Shown here: positions 14,086 to 27,573 of the stretch, in pieces | Layout of the letters: the number at the start of each line of letters is the position of its first letter | Position numbering within the stretch: the first letter of the stretch is position 1 | Source: Octopus vulgaris | Taxonomy: Eukaryota | Assembly (NCBI GenBank): GCA_951406725.2 | Contig: OX597826.1 | Location: 46,438,001-46,502,000 of the forward strand | Reading direction: 5' to 3' | Length of the DNA stretch: 64,000 nt | Translations under genes and position numbers: made by a program | Notes under the pieces: generated by a model | Database searches by the model: none | What the model saw: the letters and a program-made list of their open reading frames with translations, nothing else | Told to the model about the DNA's origin: nothing

Positions 14086-14470
14086 TAATCTATATATATA
14101 TATATACACATAAACAAAATGGTCTTCTTACTGTCTCTACGTATCAAACACACTCACAAGGCTTTCGTCAACCCAGGGCTATAGCTGAAGACAAGACACC
14201 TGCCCAAGGTACCATACAGTGGGACTGAACCTAAAACCATGTGGATGGGAAGCAAACATCTTAACCACACAGACACACCTGCATCAATCTGACAGAAGAC
14301 AGAAAATCACCTAAAATCTTCAGAGATCTCAGAAAATATTCATCTTAAATCTAATTCCAAAAGAAATAAATTGGTTTAGTAAAGATTTGTTTTGAAATTC
14401 CAAATAGAATAATATCTTTAATTTTCTTTCTATTTTTGCTATTTATCTCGTTCGTTAAATTTTCTTTTAC

Positions 14471-14560
<90 letters not shown>

Positions 14561-16217
14561 TGTATTTTGTTTCCATTATCTTAAGAAAATGGTGATATTC
14601 TATTTCAAGTGTATCAGTAGTATTAAGACAATAACAAAGTGACAGCTGGGAAAACAGGTTCAATAACCAGTAGCAGACTGTTTATTGACATGATACATTG
14701 CATATCTCCCCATGACAAGCTCCAAGAGATCATGAATGTGATACAATACATTTCTCGTTAATATCAATATAATGACTACACACCAACAGTAACAATATAC
14801 AGATATACAGAGTAAGTCAAAGGTCCTTTTAGGATGGATGGATGGATACGAGGGAAGGCTAAAAAGTTCCTGGATTTGGGTAAAAGAAAATACAGAAGGA
14901 TCAGTTAATTATGATTATCTTCAACATAAACCCCTCTTAGATTCACACACTTATTGCAGCAGTCCTTCAGTTTTTCTAAGCCCTGTAAAACAACTCGAAA
15001 GGTTGGGCCTCCATCCAGGCCTTTCACTACATCCTTAGAGCCAGGAACTTCTTGGCACCACCTCATAAACAGACAGATGGATAGATGGAAGGATGGATGG
15101 ATGGATAGATGTTGTTTGACATCCATTTTCCATGCTGGCATAGGTTAGATAGTCTGATAGAAGCCAACAAACCAGAGGACTGTGCTAAGTTCCAATGTGG
15201 GCTTTGGTATGGTTTCTGTAGCTGGACACCTTCCTAACCCAACCATTTCCCAGTGTACTGGGCACTTTTTATGCGGCACCAGCACATGTGAAGTCACCAA
15301 GGGTAACTCACAAAGCAAGACCCTTAACTGAGTGGCTTTATACCAGGTGATGTAAGGCTTCAGTATGATAGAGATACATAAATATATTTATGTGAGAAGG
15401 CACATGGCTTAGTGGTTAGGGTATCCAGCTCTTGATCATAAGGTCGGGAGGTTAATTCCCAGTGAAGCATTGTGTCCTTGAGCAAGATACTTTATTTCAC
15501 ATTGCTCCAGGTCATTTACCTGGCAAAAATGAATAGTACCTGTATTTCAAAGGGCCAGCCTTGTCATACTCTGTGACATGCTACATCTCCCTCAGAACTA
15601 CATTAAGGGTACATGTGTCTGTGGAGTGCTCAGCCACATGCATGTTAACTGCATGAGCAGGCTGTTCCATTGATCAGATTAACTGGAACCCTCGTCATAG
15701 TAAGCAACAGTGTCAGATACATATATATATATAATCATCATCATCGTTTAATGTCCACTTTCCATGCTAGCATGGGTTAGACAATTTGACTGAGGACTGG
15801 CGAACCAGATGGCCGCACCAGGCTCCATTCTTGATCTGGCAGAGTTTCTACTGCTGGATGCCAACCACTTCGAGAGTGTAGTGGGTGCTTTTACGTGCCG
15901 CCGGTACAAGAGCCAGTCAGGCGGTACTGGCAACAGCCACGCTCAAATGGTGTTTTTTACGTGCCACCTGCACAGGAGCCAGTCCAGCGACACAGGCAAT
16001 GACCTTGCTCAAATGTTTTTTCACGTGCCACCAACCCAAGTGCCAGTAAGGCAGCGCTGGTAACAATCACGCTCGAATGTTACCGATCACACACACATAT
16101 ATATATATATATATAGAAACACATATACATATACTCACACATATACATATATATACACATACACACATATATATATACACATACACACACACACATATAT
16201 ATACACATACACACACA

Positions 16218-16261
<44 letters not shown>

Positions 16262-17309
16262 TGGGGAATATCGACTCCTTGTTTTTATAAAATGCACCAT
16301 AAATGTTCAATACTATGGCGATCTCGGAACTGTGGTGGCCAGATAAGATGTTCAACTTCACTAGAATGTTCCTTGTGCCATTCAGTAAGAACTTTAGCTG
16401 TATGAATTGGTGCATTATCATCCTGAAAGATTGCGTTTCCCTCCAGAAACAGTTCCACAACCATAGGATGAATTTGATCAGATAAATAGTGCTTCACTAT
16501 TAACTCTGCCATGAAGAGAAACCATTAGGCCGGTGGTCTTCCACGATATAGCCCCCCCCCCTTCTGATCATCACAGATCCTCCTCCATGTTTAAGAGTTG
16601 GAAAAAAGGCAGTCTGGGTCAAACGCTTCTTTTGGCTGTCTCCACACATACACTCAGCTGGTGTAACAGAAATAAGGTAAAGGATGACTCATCTGAGAAA
16701 ATAACATTCTTCCACTGCTCTAGGGATTAATTCTGTAGGCTTTTACTCCACTCTAAACGCTTTGCAACGTTTGTTTTTGAAAGTAGTGGTTTTCTGATTG
16801 TAGCCCTCTTGTGAAATCCAGCCTTGTGCAGCCCCCGGCAAACAGTTTTTGTGGAAACTGCGTTCTCAAGGTGGTCATTAAGCTCTGTAGTAATTTTGGG
16901 AGCTGTATTTTTGCGATCCTTTCTGACAATTCGCTTAAGAGTCCAACGGTCCATATCTGAAAGTTTTGGTTTTCTTCTAAAGTTTTGTTTCGACGAGGCT
17001 TTTCCTTCGTTCTCAAAGGCTTGTAGATACACCAAACATTTTGGCTATTTTTGTTAGGCTAGCTCCTGCCATATGAGTACCAATAATTTGACCTCTTTGA
17101 AAGTCCGATAGATATGTCATTTTAATGAATTTTAATTACCTTTTTCTAAAGACATCTGAAAAGAAACAGCAATTTTAGCAAAACATATTAAGCAACACTA
17201 ATAATAAATCAAAAAACATAAAAATAAACAAGCTTTTGATGGTTTTATAGATATATCAAAATTATGATGCTATGATGCTAGGTGTTTCCATTATTTTGTC
17301 CAACTTCTG
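16262..17309 (-). mobile_element. Tc1-like transposon, defective transposase, one TIR retained
   Basis: TA|CAGAAGTTGGACAAAATAATGGAAACACC end at 17309. Peptides RKPKLSD..RKPLLSKTNVAKRLEW, VIFSDESSF, FQDDNAPIHTAK and WPPQ..IEHLW are spread over several frames. Confidence 0.9.
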
Positions 17310-17572
17310 TACATACATTCATACATATATATATATATACACACACACATATACCCATGCAGATGTGAATGCCTATGAACTCAGATCTATTCAATAGGCT
17401 GAAAAGCCATGAAGAACAAAATATAAGGTCCCTATCAAATCAAATTTATTAGTAAATTTCATTTCATGTCAAAGAGACCATTAGTAAATTTAGTCAGTGC
17501 CCCAGCATGGCCGCAGCCTAATGACCGAAACAAGTAGAAGTTAAAAGGTCAACAATGTTTTTGGGTTTTTTC

Positions 17573-17608
<36 letters not shown>

Positions 17609-19776
17609 TATGTTTGTTTACATTTACACTTCCCAATAGTGTTTATAACCACTTATTATCTGGCTTTATGGGCATGTGACATAAGAGATCCCTTACTTGA
17701 AAAAAAAAAAAAAGTACAGATAAAGCTTAGCAGAAGGCAGAGCATCTGGCTGTAAAAACAATGCTTTGATAACATAGTCACCTAACCCATGAAAGCATAG
17801 GAAAAATGGATGTAAAACAAACGAATTAATGCAAGCCATTTCATTCAATCTTCTAACAATTTTGCCAATTTGCCAGTTTAAAAACATTCTCTTTTAAAAA
17901 CAGAAAACAAAACAAATGGCACCAACTAAAGAGGTAAGATTTCTATTATTACATCTCGAAATCCAGTTGAAGATAATCTGAAAGAAATCAAGAATGAAGA
18001 GGAAATGGTGCCGCAGGGATTTGTATATGTTTGTTTTTATTTTAGTTGTTTGCTTGTTCACCCCCCCCCCACCCCTTTTTCTTTTCTTTCTTTGTTTTCG
18101 GAGAGGGTGCTTATCACAATGCTGACTATTCTGAAGAGTCTGTGATCTGAGATAAGAAATTAGAAATAAATAGTTGTGTAAGAGATATCAACAGAGGTGA
18201 CTAATGTTTAAAGTTTAACGATAAAAGATAAAAGCCGAGGGAAGAAAATCTAAATTTTGATTGCTGATATGAGGGTAGTTTAGTCCAGGAATCATCAAAA
18301 CTACAGACATAAAAAAATAAAAAACCATAAAAAAAAAAGGGTAATTTCTTAGGATTGCACTCTTTAGCATTTGAAACCGTGACTGCAATGTAACTAAGTA
18401 GCTTGAACCTTTTTCAGCATTAGCTAATGTCTCCACTGAAATCAATATCTATAGCAACAAATGAGCCAATGGGAGTGAGTTTCTATGTGGCTAGCACGAT
18501 CTGCTAGAAAGATCACTGAGTCACAATTTTGCTAATACTTCCTGCATCAAATTGATATTTTATATCATAACAGTCGACTAAAACATTACTGGAAATACTA
18601 CCACCACCACCACCACCAACACTACTACAACTACTATTGTTATTTCACTTGTTAAAGCTGTCACTACAGAAATTATAGCCAGCACTGTTTCTTGTTAATG
18701 GTGTTTTGTATCTGAGATGTCAGATGTAAAGTTTTCATCTGGTGTCTCGGAATATGAAATGTAGCAAAAATCCGTACTGGCTGTGATTTGTATAGAATAT
18801 CTGTAGTGGTAACTTTAACAAGTGATGTAAAGTGCACTGCTAACGCATTAGAACATGGTATTGACGCAGTATTGACTTATAAAAACGTTTAGTATACTTT
18901 ACAGCATATTAAGAATGCATAATGAAATACCAAGTACCTACAAGACATTAATACTAGTAGTACTACTTGTAATTTGGAAACTGTATACTTCAAAACACTG
19001 GTTCTTGCTAGAACATCTTTCACTTAGTTTAAAAGTCAAATAATGGATAACCTACCAATACAAAGTCATTTTCTCTGAGCTTAACACTTCTGATATCAAT
19101 GTACATGATATCACACATGGATCTATGAGACAAAACTTCCTATTTTCAAATGACCTAAATTAAAACTTAACATCAAAATTTCATGCTATGTTCCAAACAC
19201 CAACTTAATAAAATTATTTTTTTTACTAGATTCTTCCGTATTTTCAAAATTAAAATAATGGCAATGAACTTCATTAGAAATATGGTAAGAAAAGGATTAA
19301 CCTCTTTTTGATATCCACCTCCCTGAAGTGTGTACTTAGTTCTATGAAATAAAAATTTCCTGTATCAAAATCATCCTTCACTTTGCTTAAAAGTCAAATA
19401 ATAATAATAATAATATACATATATGTATGTATATATACATATATATGTATATACATAGATATCATCATCATCATTGTTCGACCGTGGTCGAGACAATGGA
19501 ATTTACTATGTTACGCCAGACTTCACGGTCCATCATATCATTACGGAGGTCCTGTTGCTGGATGCCTGTATCCCTGGAGATTACATCAGGGTAGGAGAGT
19601 GTGCGCCCTCTGGTATCGCGATCAGATAGCTTCTAGAGGAGAAGAGTAGAAATTACCTCGTTTTCAGCTCTACAACAATGTCCAGCAAACTGGACTCTTC
19701 TACCTTTCACAAGAGATGATACAGGTGGTAATTTCCCATATATTTGTACTTTGGTTGGATAACACTTCCACGAGAG

Positions 19777-19815
<39 letters not shown>

Positions 19816-19828
19816 TCATATATACTCA

Positions 19829-19866
<38 letters not shown>

Positions 19867-19909
19867 CATTTTTTTTTTTTCATTTAATTTCAGCTCACTA
19901 GCTGTGGCA

Positions 19910-20779
19910 CTGACATTTGGTGTTGCTCCATAATTTTACTTCATGAATGCTTTTTAGGAATTGACATTTGGTGCATGAGGGAGTTAGATGCCGCTGCCCT
20001 CATCTGCACCTCCTGCCACAAAGTTGGCTCATCTGGGACACTTGACAGCAAGAGGTCCAGCTTTATTTTGAAGACACCTACATCCACCCCATGCAGGTCT
20101 CTTAGCTCATTCGGGAGGATACTGAAGAGCTATGGTCCTCTGTAGGCCAGGCTCTTGCAGTATCTTATCCTATATCATGATGGTAAATTTGAAGTCCTTG
20201 GCTCTATGCAGTGGCATCCAGTTTCTAGTATTTGTGTAACTCTCGATGCCAAAGTTTGGGACAAGTCCTCCCAGGATCTTCCAGATATATATTATGGCAT
20301 ATCTTTCTTGCCTACGCTCTAAGGAATAGAGTCTTAATCTCTTGAGTCTTTCTCAGTAGCTTATATGCTGCATAGAGGCTATCTTCTTCGTGCAGCTTCG
20401 CTGGATTGCCTCAAGTTCTGAGATTAATTTGATACTGGTTGGTGACCACAGCTAAGAGCAATAGTGAAAGTGGCTCAGGACAAGTGTCCTCCAGAGGACC
20501 ATCATGGTTTCCTGATCTCTTGTTCAAAAAGTTCTAAGAATCCATCCGGTCAGCTGCCTGCATTTCATTGCCAATTTAGCAACATGTACATGGAAGGATG
20601 CATCATTACTCATGTAAATGCCCAGGTCTCGCACTGACTGTGCCTCTGGGATTGCAATCCCTCCAGGTCGTGTATTTAATGGGTATTGCATGCTGATAGC
20701 ACAAGTCTTGTAAGTTTTCAGTATTAAACTGCATGCTATTCTTTTCAGCCCACTTGTATATTTCATCCAGCTCACATTG
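19910..20779 (-). mobile_element. CR1-group LINE ORF2 C-terminal fragment
   Basis: VRDLGIYMSNDASFHVHVAKLAMKCRQLTGWILRTF, continuing with stops to LWSP..LEAIQR..ERLKRLRLYSLERRQER. Confidence 0.8.
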
Positions 20780-20781
20780 CA

Positions 20782-21802
20782 TTGGATCGTCCGGAAAGTT
20801 CGTGCCGATTTTTAAAGGAAAGAAAAAGGTTAATAAATACTTGCCATTACATTTTTAATCAACCAAATATGAACTATTTTGTTGCACAATGCATCTCCAT
20901 CTTTCCTTCAACTTGAAAATACCCTCTTCCCAGAATTGAGGTGGTTTCATGGTAAAGAATTCATCAAGGTATCTTTTTACGACATCCAAGGAATTGACAT
21001 TTTTACCATTAAGACTATTCTGCAGAGACCTGAATAAGTAGAAATCCAAAGGAGCAATATTTGGTGTATATGGAGGGTGGGGTAACACATCCCAGTCAAG
21101 CTGCAGCAATTTTTATCTGATTCCCAAAGAAACGTGCAGTCGCATTATCATATTGGAAAACAACACCCTTCCTGTTGGCCAATTCTGGATGTTTCTCTTG
21201 AATTGCTGCTTTTAACTTGTTCAGTTGTGTGCAGTATTTCTCAGAATTGTCTGGTTACTTGGGAGAAGCTCATAGTACAGAATTCCTTTCCAATCCCACC
21301 AGACACAACGCAAGACATTTTTAGGGTGAAGACCCGCTTTTGGGGTGGCTTAATCCAGGATCACTTTCTCTGAACATTTCAGTAGATAATCCATTTCTCA
21401 TCACCTGTCGCAATTTGCTTTTAAAAAGGCACATTTTCATTCCGTTTATAAAGAGAATCTCAGATGGAAATGCAATCCAAAAAGTTCTTGTCACTCAAAG
21501 ATGTGTACCCAAGCTTTACCAGGTGCTCATGAACAACGGATTTTGATAGGTTGAGACTTTCTGCCAATTCTCGGGTTGTGCAATATGGGTTATTCTCAAT
21601 TAATGACTTCATTTGGTCATCATCTGTAGTGGATGGTCTGACTGATCACTCTTTATCAATAAGGCTACAATCTCCAGCTCGGAACCTTGCAAACCACTTC
21701 TGTACAGTTCTTTCGGATAAAGAAACATCACCGTAAACTGTACATATTTCTTTGGTTGCTTGTGAAGCATTATTTACCTTTACGGAAAAAGAAAAGCATC
21801 AA
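20782..21802 (-). mobile_element. mariner transposon remnant
   Basis: WDVLPHPPYTPNIAPLDFYLFRSLQNSL (a YSPDLAPSD-type motif); TIR-like TTGGATCGTCCGGAAAGTTCGTGCCG at 20782; multiple frameshifts. Confidence 0.9.
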
Positions 21803-22054
21803 CTTTGACCATCCATAAATCCCAAATTTTATTTTGGTACTTATGGATGCAACTGTCTTCGAAGACTCTTACTGTCATTCAATGCTTGAAATGAGGAGTA
21901 GATAGACAGCCAACAACTGATGAAGGGTCGTTCTTTGTTATTTGTCCTGTTTCGTAATTAATTCTTTCGTTTGCATATCGAACTCATTTGTTTTCATATT
22001 TCATGTTGTTTACTGTTGGTGACGTCATGTACCCATATATGCATGTGTGTGTGC

Positions 22055-22104
<50 letters not shown>

Positions 22105-22754
22105 GTTATTTATATTACATTTATATATGTATATGCACATATACACATATACATACATTTACATACACATACATATATATACATACACATATATATACAC
22201 ATATACATACTCATATATATACACATATACATACTCATATATATACACATATACATACTCATATATATATATATATACATACATATATATTCATGCATGC
22301 ATATATATATATATATATACATACACATGTACATATATACATACACATATATATATACACACAAGTATATATGTGTGTATATATATATATACACATATAT
22401 GTATACATACATGTATATACAGATACATACACATAAATAAATATATATATATATATATATATACACACGTACATACACATAAATATATATATATATATTA
22501 CTCCGTTATTTTCCTTCTCTCTCCATCTTTTTTCCTCTTAATCCTTTCTGTGAAAGAGCATAGGCTAGAAACATAAAAGACTTTTCTATTTTTCCCGAGC
22601 GTTAAACTAATACACCTGCTTGTTGTTCCTACACCTGTCATCTTTTGTTTTCTGCAAACTTGAACTATATATATATATCATCATCATCATCGTCATTTAA
22701 CGTCCACGTCCCATGCTGGCATGGGTGGGATGGTTTGATAATATTTATATATTA

Positions 22755-25652
22755 CAGAGAGATAACATGGTGACATTGTAGTAGGATGGTGGAGGAATGA
22801 ATAGGTAAAAGTAAGAAAGTGATACTTTTGAAGTTAGAAATTAGCAACGGGTGGGGGAAACCAAAAGCTAAGAATGAAAGACAACAGAATGGAACAATGA
22901 AGAAAAAATGATGGAAAATATAGAAACGACAAAATGTAAAATTAAAAAATGAAAAGATGACAAGAAGCTGAGGTAGTGTGAAAGCCTTTAATACATAACA
23001 GTGAACAGTGAGGAGTTTTCCATGCACAACTCCCTAAAGGAGAAAAACTATACATTCCTGGCCTCTGATAAAGAGGGAGTATTCTGTGTGATCAACACAG
23101 ATTCTGACATCGAGTCAATGATGTCCCACCTTTGCCAGGGCAATATCTACACCCTATGTGAGCACACAACTGCGAATTGGGTTGAGAACCAATGCAATGA
23201 CCTATGGAAGGACACATCCGGAAGCATGAATCTCAACAGGCACACATACTGAAGCTTCCTAGCACACAACTCCTCCACACCACAGTTCTATTATGTAATA
23301 AAACCACAGAAAGAAACCAAGGACCTGAGGCAACTCAAAGTACACCCAAACACCACCAGCACAAAATCCCCACTATGGAATATGGAATGGCTTGTAGCAT
23401 GGCTTCTCCAGCCACTGCTGGTACACATACCAGCACACCTTGAGAGCAGCTGGCATCTCATCGAGCTACTACATAAGCTCCCATCCAGGACCATCTCAGA
23501 CAACTACGCCTTCAGCCTGGACGTACGGTCCATGTCATTGGTTGAAGCCATACTAATAATCCAAGAGCAACTAGAGCAAGGCCAGAAGCTGGTCACAGAC
23601 TTCCCACCAGCAGGCCTCAAATCCATCCTGGATTTTTACACTGCCAACACATACTTCCAGTACAAAAACACCACATATCGGCAGCTTCCCAATGGGATCT
23701 AAGGTCAGTGGAATCCTGGCCACCGATATCCTGGACAAACTGGAGTGCCAAGCACTCTGCACAGGATGACACATCACCTATACCAAATCCAGCGATTAGA
23801 TGATCAGGATCCATAACATCTTTAACAGTCTCCACCACAACATCCAATTCGATGTTGAACACCCAGTTGCAAATAGCTCACTGAGCCTCTTGGACTTCAA
23901 TGTATCCTTCCCAATGGGACATGCCACAATCCGCTTCTTTGAGAAAGAGGCGAAGAAAGATATCTTCCTCTATTCAGATTCAGCATATCCATAGAAGTTG
24001 AAACTTAATGAAGTCCTTAATGAGTTCAACTGCTGCATAAACAGATGCAATGAGGCTGATGTAATGGTGGATTTCATCAGGATTCTGTACAGTAAAGGAT
24101 ACAAACTGAGGTTCATAGAGAAAGTGTGAAGCACCCTGAGCACATGAGTACAATGAGCACCAAGACACCATGGCAAGATCATCACCACCAACAGCAACGA
24201 TGAGCAACGAACCAATGATGTTAATAACAATGGATATAATTTCAACTTCAACAAAGATGAAAGGAAAGCGAGGAGCAGAGACATGTTAAATGGACATGTG
24301 TCAGCTTTCCATGCAATGGAGAACAGATTGAAAACAAACCAAGGAACAATGTCAGAAAGTTTGGCCTCACTGTCAGAATCATGAGGCAAGGCCACACCCT
24401 CAGACACTATCTGATACTAAATGACAGCTTCATGTCAAGGTGAGAGAACATCTTCACAAGGCCACAACACCCAGTGCCATATTCCAATACCATCAACACT
24501 GCGATGCAGAGTTCTCCACACGGATACTGGCCAGGGGAAAGGATGCGATCAACCTTCAAATAAAGGAGGCACATTTCAAGAGGAAGAAGGCACCCAGGCT
24601 CAATTGCTGGAATGAACTCAATGACTGGAAACTCATTTACTAACTCCATAACTGCTAACCAACACCAACTCCAGCAGTAATAACTATGGAAAGTCTAATG
24701 AAGGTTTATAGATCCAAATGTGCTTACTAAACTCATTAACCCAAGAACTAGCAACAAGGCTATATACAGACAACATGCCACCAGTAGGTCCCCTCTATGT
24801 ATCTATCTGTCAATTTATCTATCTATTTATTTATCTACCTATGTACCTCTCAAAAAACTATTAGACCTTTTAAATTTTTTAACTTTTGAAAATATAAGCC
24901 TATCATCCATCTACTTCCCAAAAAACTGTTAGACCTTTTGAACTTTGGAAAATTTGAAGAAAAAATAATTTCTGTGATTTTCAAATGATGATTTCCAAGG
25001 TTCCTCACTCTTCATGTCATCATCATCATCATCGTTTAGCGTCCGTTTTCCATGCTAGCATGGATTGGACGGTTCTACTGGGGTCTGTGAAGCCAGAAGA
25101 CATCATCAGGCCCAGTCAAATCTAGCAGTGTTTCTACGGCTGGATGCCCTTCCTAACGCCAACCACTCCATGAGTGTAGTGAGTGCTTTTTACGTGCCAC
25201 CCGCACAGGTGCCAGACAGATCTGGCAAACGGCCACGAACGGATGGTGCTTTTTATGTGCCACCGGCACGGGAGCCAGGCGAGGCTGGCAACAGACACGA
25301 ACGGATGGTGCTTTTTACGTGCCACCGACACGAGGCCAGTCGGGGCGGCGCTGGTAACGGTCGTGAAACAGAAGGTTCTCTTACATGCCACCGGTACTGA
25401 AAACATTTTCTTATCTTTTCATTTTTTAATTTAAAAATTTGTGTTTTTTCTACATTTTCAACCGTTTTTTTCTTCATTGTTCAATTCCGTTTTTTTCATT
25501 TTTAGCTTTTGGTTTCCCCATTACTAATTGCTAACTTCTCAAGTATCACCTTCTTCCTTCTACCTGTTCATTCCTCCTATATTAGCTCTACATCACTTAG
25601 TATAACTACTCCTCTCATCACCCTATTACTGCATTATCCTGTTATCTCTCTG
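22755..25652. mobile_element. Long-TIR non-autonomous DNA element with TA target duplication, hosting nested insertions
   Basis: TA|CAGAGAGATAAC at the left end and GTTATCTCTCTG|TA at the right; about 200 bp of diverged inverted similarity between 22755-22960 and 25405-25652. Confidence 0.65.
22990..24730 (+). mobile_element. Decayed Penelope-like retroelement (RT plus GIY-YIG endonuclease C-terminus)
   Basis: Fragments FLASDKEG, FSLDVRSM, TYFQYKNTTYRQ, LPMGSKVSGILA, FNSLHHNIQFDVEH..LSLLDFNV and REH..SAIFQYH..LQIKEAHFKRKKAPRLN occur in PLE order with stops and frameshifts. Confidence 0.85.
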
Positions 25653-25832
25653 TACAAGACTACAACTACGTTGCCTGAGATACAACGAATACCTTATACA
25701 TACATATATACATTTATATTCAAATGAACATGGTACTTAAGTTGAGGCACTAGAATTTAGTATGGTATTATCCATACAATTCCAAAGTAAGGTGATTAAA
25801 ATCAAAATAAGCAACAAGGATATCCAGAGGTA

Positions 25833-25921
25833 ATACAGTACGATCGTTTCATGCAACTCCATTTAATTGAACTATGCAATCATTACATTAATTTAAAATG
25901 CAGAGCAATCCTCAGCTGCAC
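25833..25921 (-). ncRNA. Candidate type I hammerhead ribozyme (left arm of a palindrome)
   Basis: Minus strand reads tgcag-CTGAGGA-(long stem II)-GAAAC-GATC-GTA-ctgta; stem III is the palindrome ACGATCGT. Confidence 0.55.
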
Positions 25922-25976
25922 AAAGACATAGAATTTAGTGTCCATCTGTTCTAATTTAATTAAATTCTATGCCTAT

Positions 25977-26065
25977 ATGCAGCTGAGGATTGCTCTGCAT
26001 TTTAAAATGATGTAATGATTGCATTGTTCAACTAAATGGAATTGCATGAAACGATCATACTGCAT
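25977..26065 (+). ncRNA. Candidate type I hammerhead ribozyme (right arm of a palindrome)
   Basis: atgcag-CTGAGGA-(long stem II)-GAAAC-GATC-ATA-ctgcat; perfect 6-bp stem I; stem III has one CpG-type change. Confidence 0.5.
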
Positions 26066-26110
26066 TACTTCTGGATATCCTTGCTGCTTATTTTGATTTT
26101 ATGTATATTC

Positions 26111-26153
<43 letters not shown>

Positions 26154-26702
26154 TTCAGATAGACAGACATAGATACACACACACACACAGTAATATATTA
26201 TATGGGTATATGTATAATTTATAGATAGTATATGAAGGGTGTGAAGACTACTTTTAAGAAATAATGACTCAATAGATAGTACAAGTGTGTACATGCATAT
26301 ATCAAGGATTAAATAATTTACAGTTGTACAAATGATTAAATATAATAGCAGAAATGCATAGCAACAGTATTGCAGTTATATATTCCTAAATAAATGTGTC
26401 TATACATGTATGTTCGAGGGTCTGTTTATATATACGGAGTTGGCCAAAAGTCACTCAACAGTATATCAAAATTCCATGCTATCTATAATCCTGTATTGAC
26501 TTGAATGGAAAAATGTGTCACTCAAGGACTTTAGATTGAACAATTTTCATGATGTTTCATATTTAGATGCTTTTATTAAATTCATTCAGCTGTAAAACAT
26601 AAATTTTGAAATTAAAAAGAGTATATATAGTCTTTTATTTCAGTCATGAGGTTGGTAAGCAAGCTACTTACCACACAGCCACTCCTGCGCCTATATATAT
26701 AA

Positions 26703-26810
26703 AAAGAAAATGGAGATTGGGGAGTTAATTGATTATTAACAGCAAATTAGTTATGATAATTAATTTGCTGTTAATAATAAACAATTAACTTCCCAATCTC
26801 CATTTTCTTT
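26703..26810. repeat. Fold-back palindrome with ~50-bp arms
   Basis: AAAGAAAATGGAGATTGGGGAGTTAATTG..CAGCAAATTA pairs with TAATTTGCTG..CAATTAACTTCCCAATCTCCATTTTCTTT. Confidence 0.9.
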
Positions 26811-27196
26811 AGCCTCTTTTATATGAATATAAACTATGTTTATATATATATATTCTTTTATTCATTTCAGCCATTTGACTGCAGCCATGCTAGAGGACCG
26901 CCTTTAGTCAAACAAACCGACCCCAGGACTTATTCTTTCTAAGCCTAGTACTTATTGTATCAGTCTCTTACTGAACCGCTAAGCTATGGGGATGTAAACA
27001 CACCAACATCAGGCTATAGTAGAAGACAATTGGCCAAGGTGCCATGCAGTGGGACTGAACCCAGAATCATCTGGTTGGTAAGCACAGCCCCTATTATTTT
27101 AAGGAAATTCATTCCCCAAAAATTCTAGGTATTGAACCAGTATTTTCTTGGATGAAACCATCCCTTCATGAGGTAAATACAACCTCTAATCGAAAG

Positions 27197-27573
27197 TGTG
27201 GTAAGTAGCTTGCTTACCAACCACATGGTTCCGGGTTCAGTTCCACTGCGTGGCACCTTGAGCAAGTGTCTTCTACTATAGCCTCGGGCCGACCAAAACC
27301 TTGTGAGTGGATTTGGTAGACGGAAACTGAAAGAAGCCCGTCATATATATGTATATATATATATGTGTGTGTGTGTCTGTGTTTGTCCCCCTACCATTGC
27401 TTGACAATCGATGCTGGTGTGTTTATGTCCCCGTTACATAGCGGTTCGACAAAAGAGACCGATAGAATAAGTACTAGGCTTACAAAAGAATAAGTCCCGG
27501 GGTCGAGTTGCTCGATTAAAGGTGGTGCTCCAGCATGGCCGCAGTCAAATGACTGAAACAAGTAAAAGAGTAA
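27197..27573 (+). mobile_element. tRNA-derived SINE family A with internal microsatellite (copies at about 41050-41500, 43647-44097, 46243-46625, 54620-55120 on +; 50170-50986, 60540-60962, 62773-63195 on -)
   Basis: Head TGGCTGTGTGGTAAG..GGTTCAGTCCC (A and B boxes), CORE-like CCTTGGGCAAGTG, central (TA)n/(TG)n, tail GACTGAAACAAGTAAAAGAGTA. Confidence 0.9.

Noticed and set aside
18110-18160. Box C/D snoRNA-like segment (ATGCTGA..CTGA with a terminal stem)
   Set aside because: C box mismatched, too short, and no recognisable rRNA guide.
17904-18300. Candidate small exons (+ 17904-17933; minus-strand acceptors near 17987 and 18300)
   Set aside because: Plausible splice signals but no recognisable peptide; cannot be supported without RNA data.
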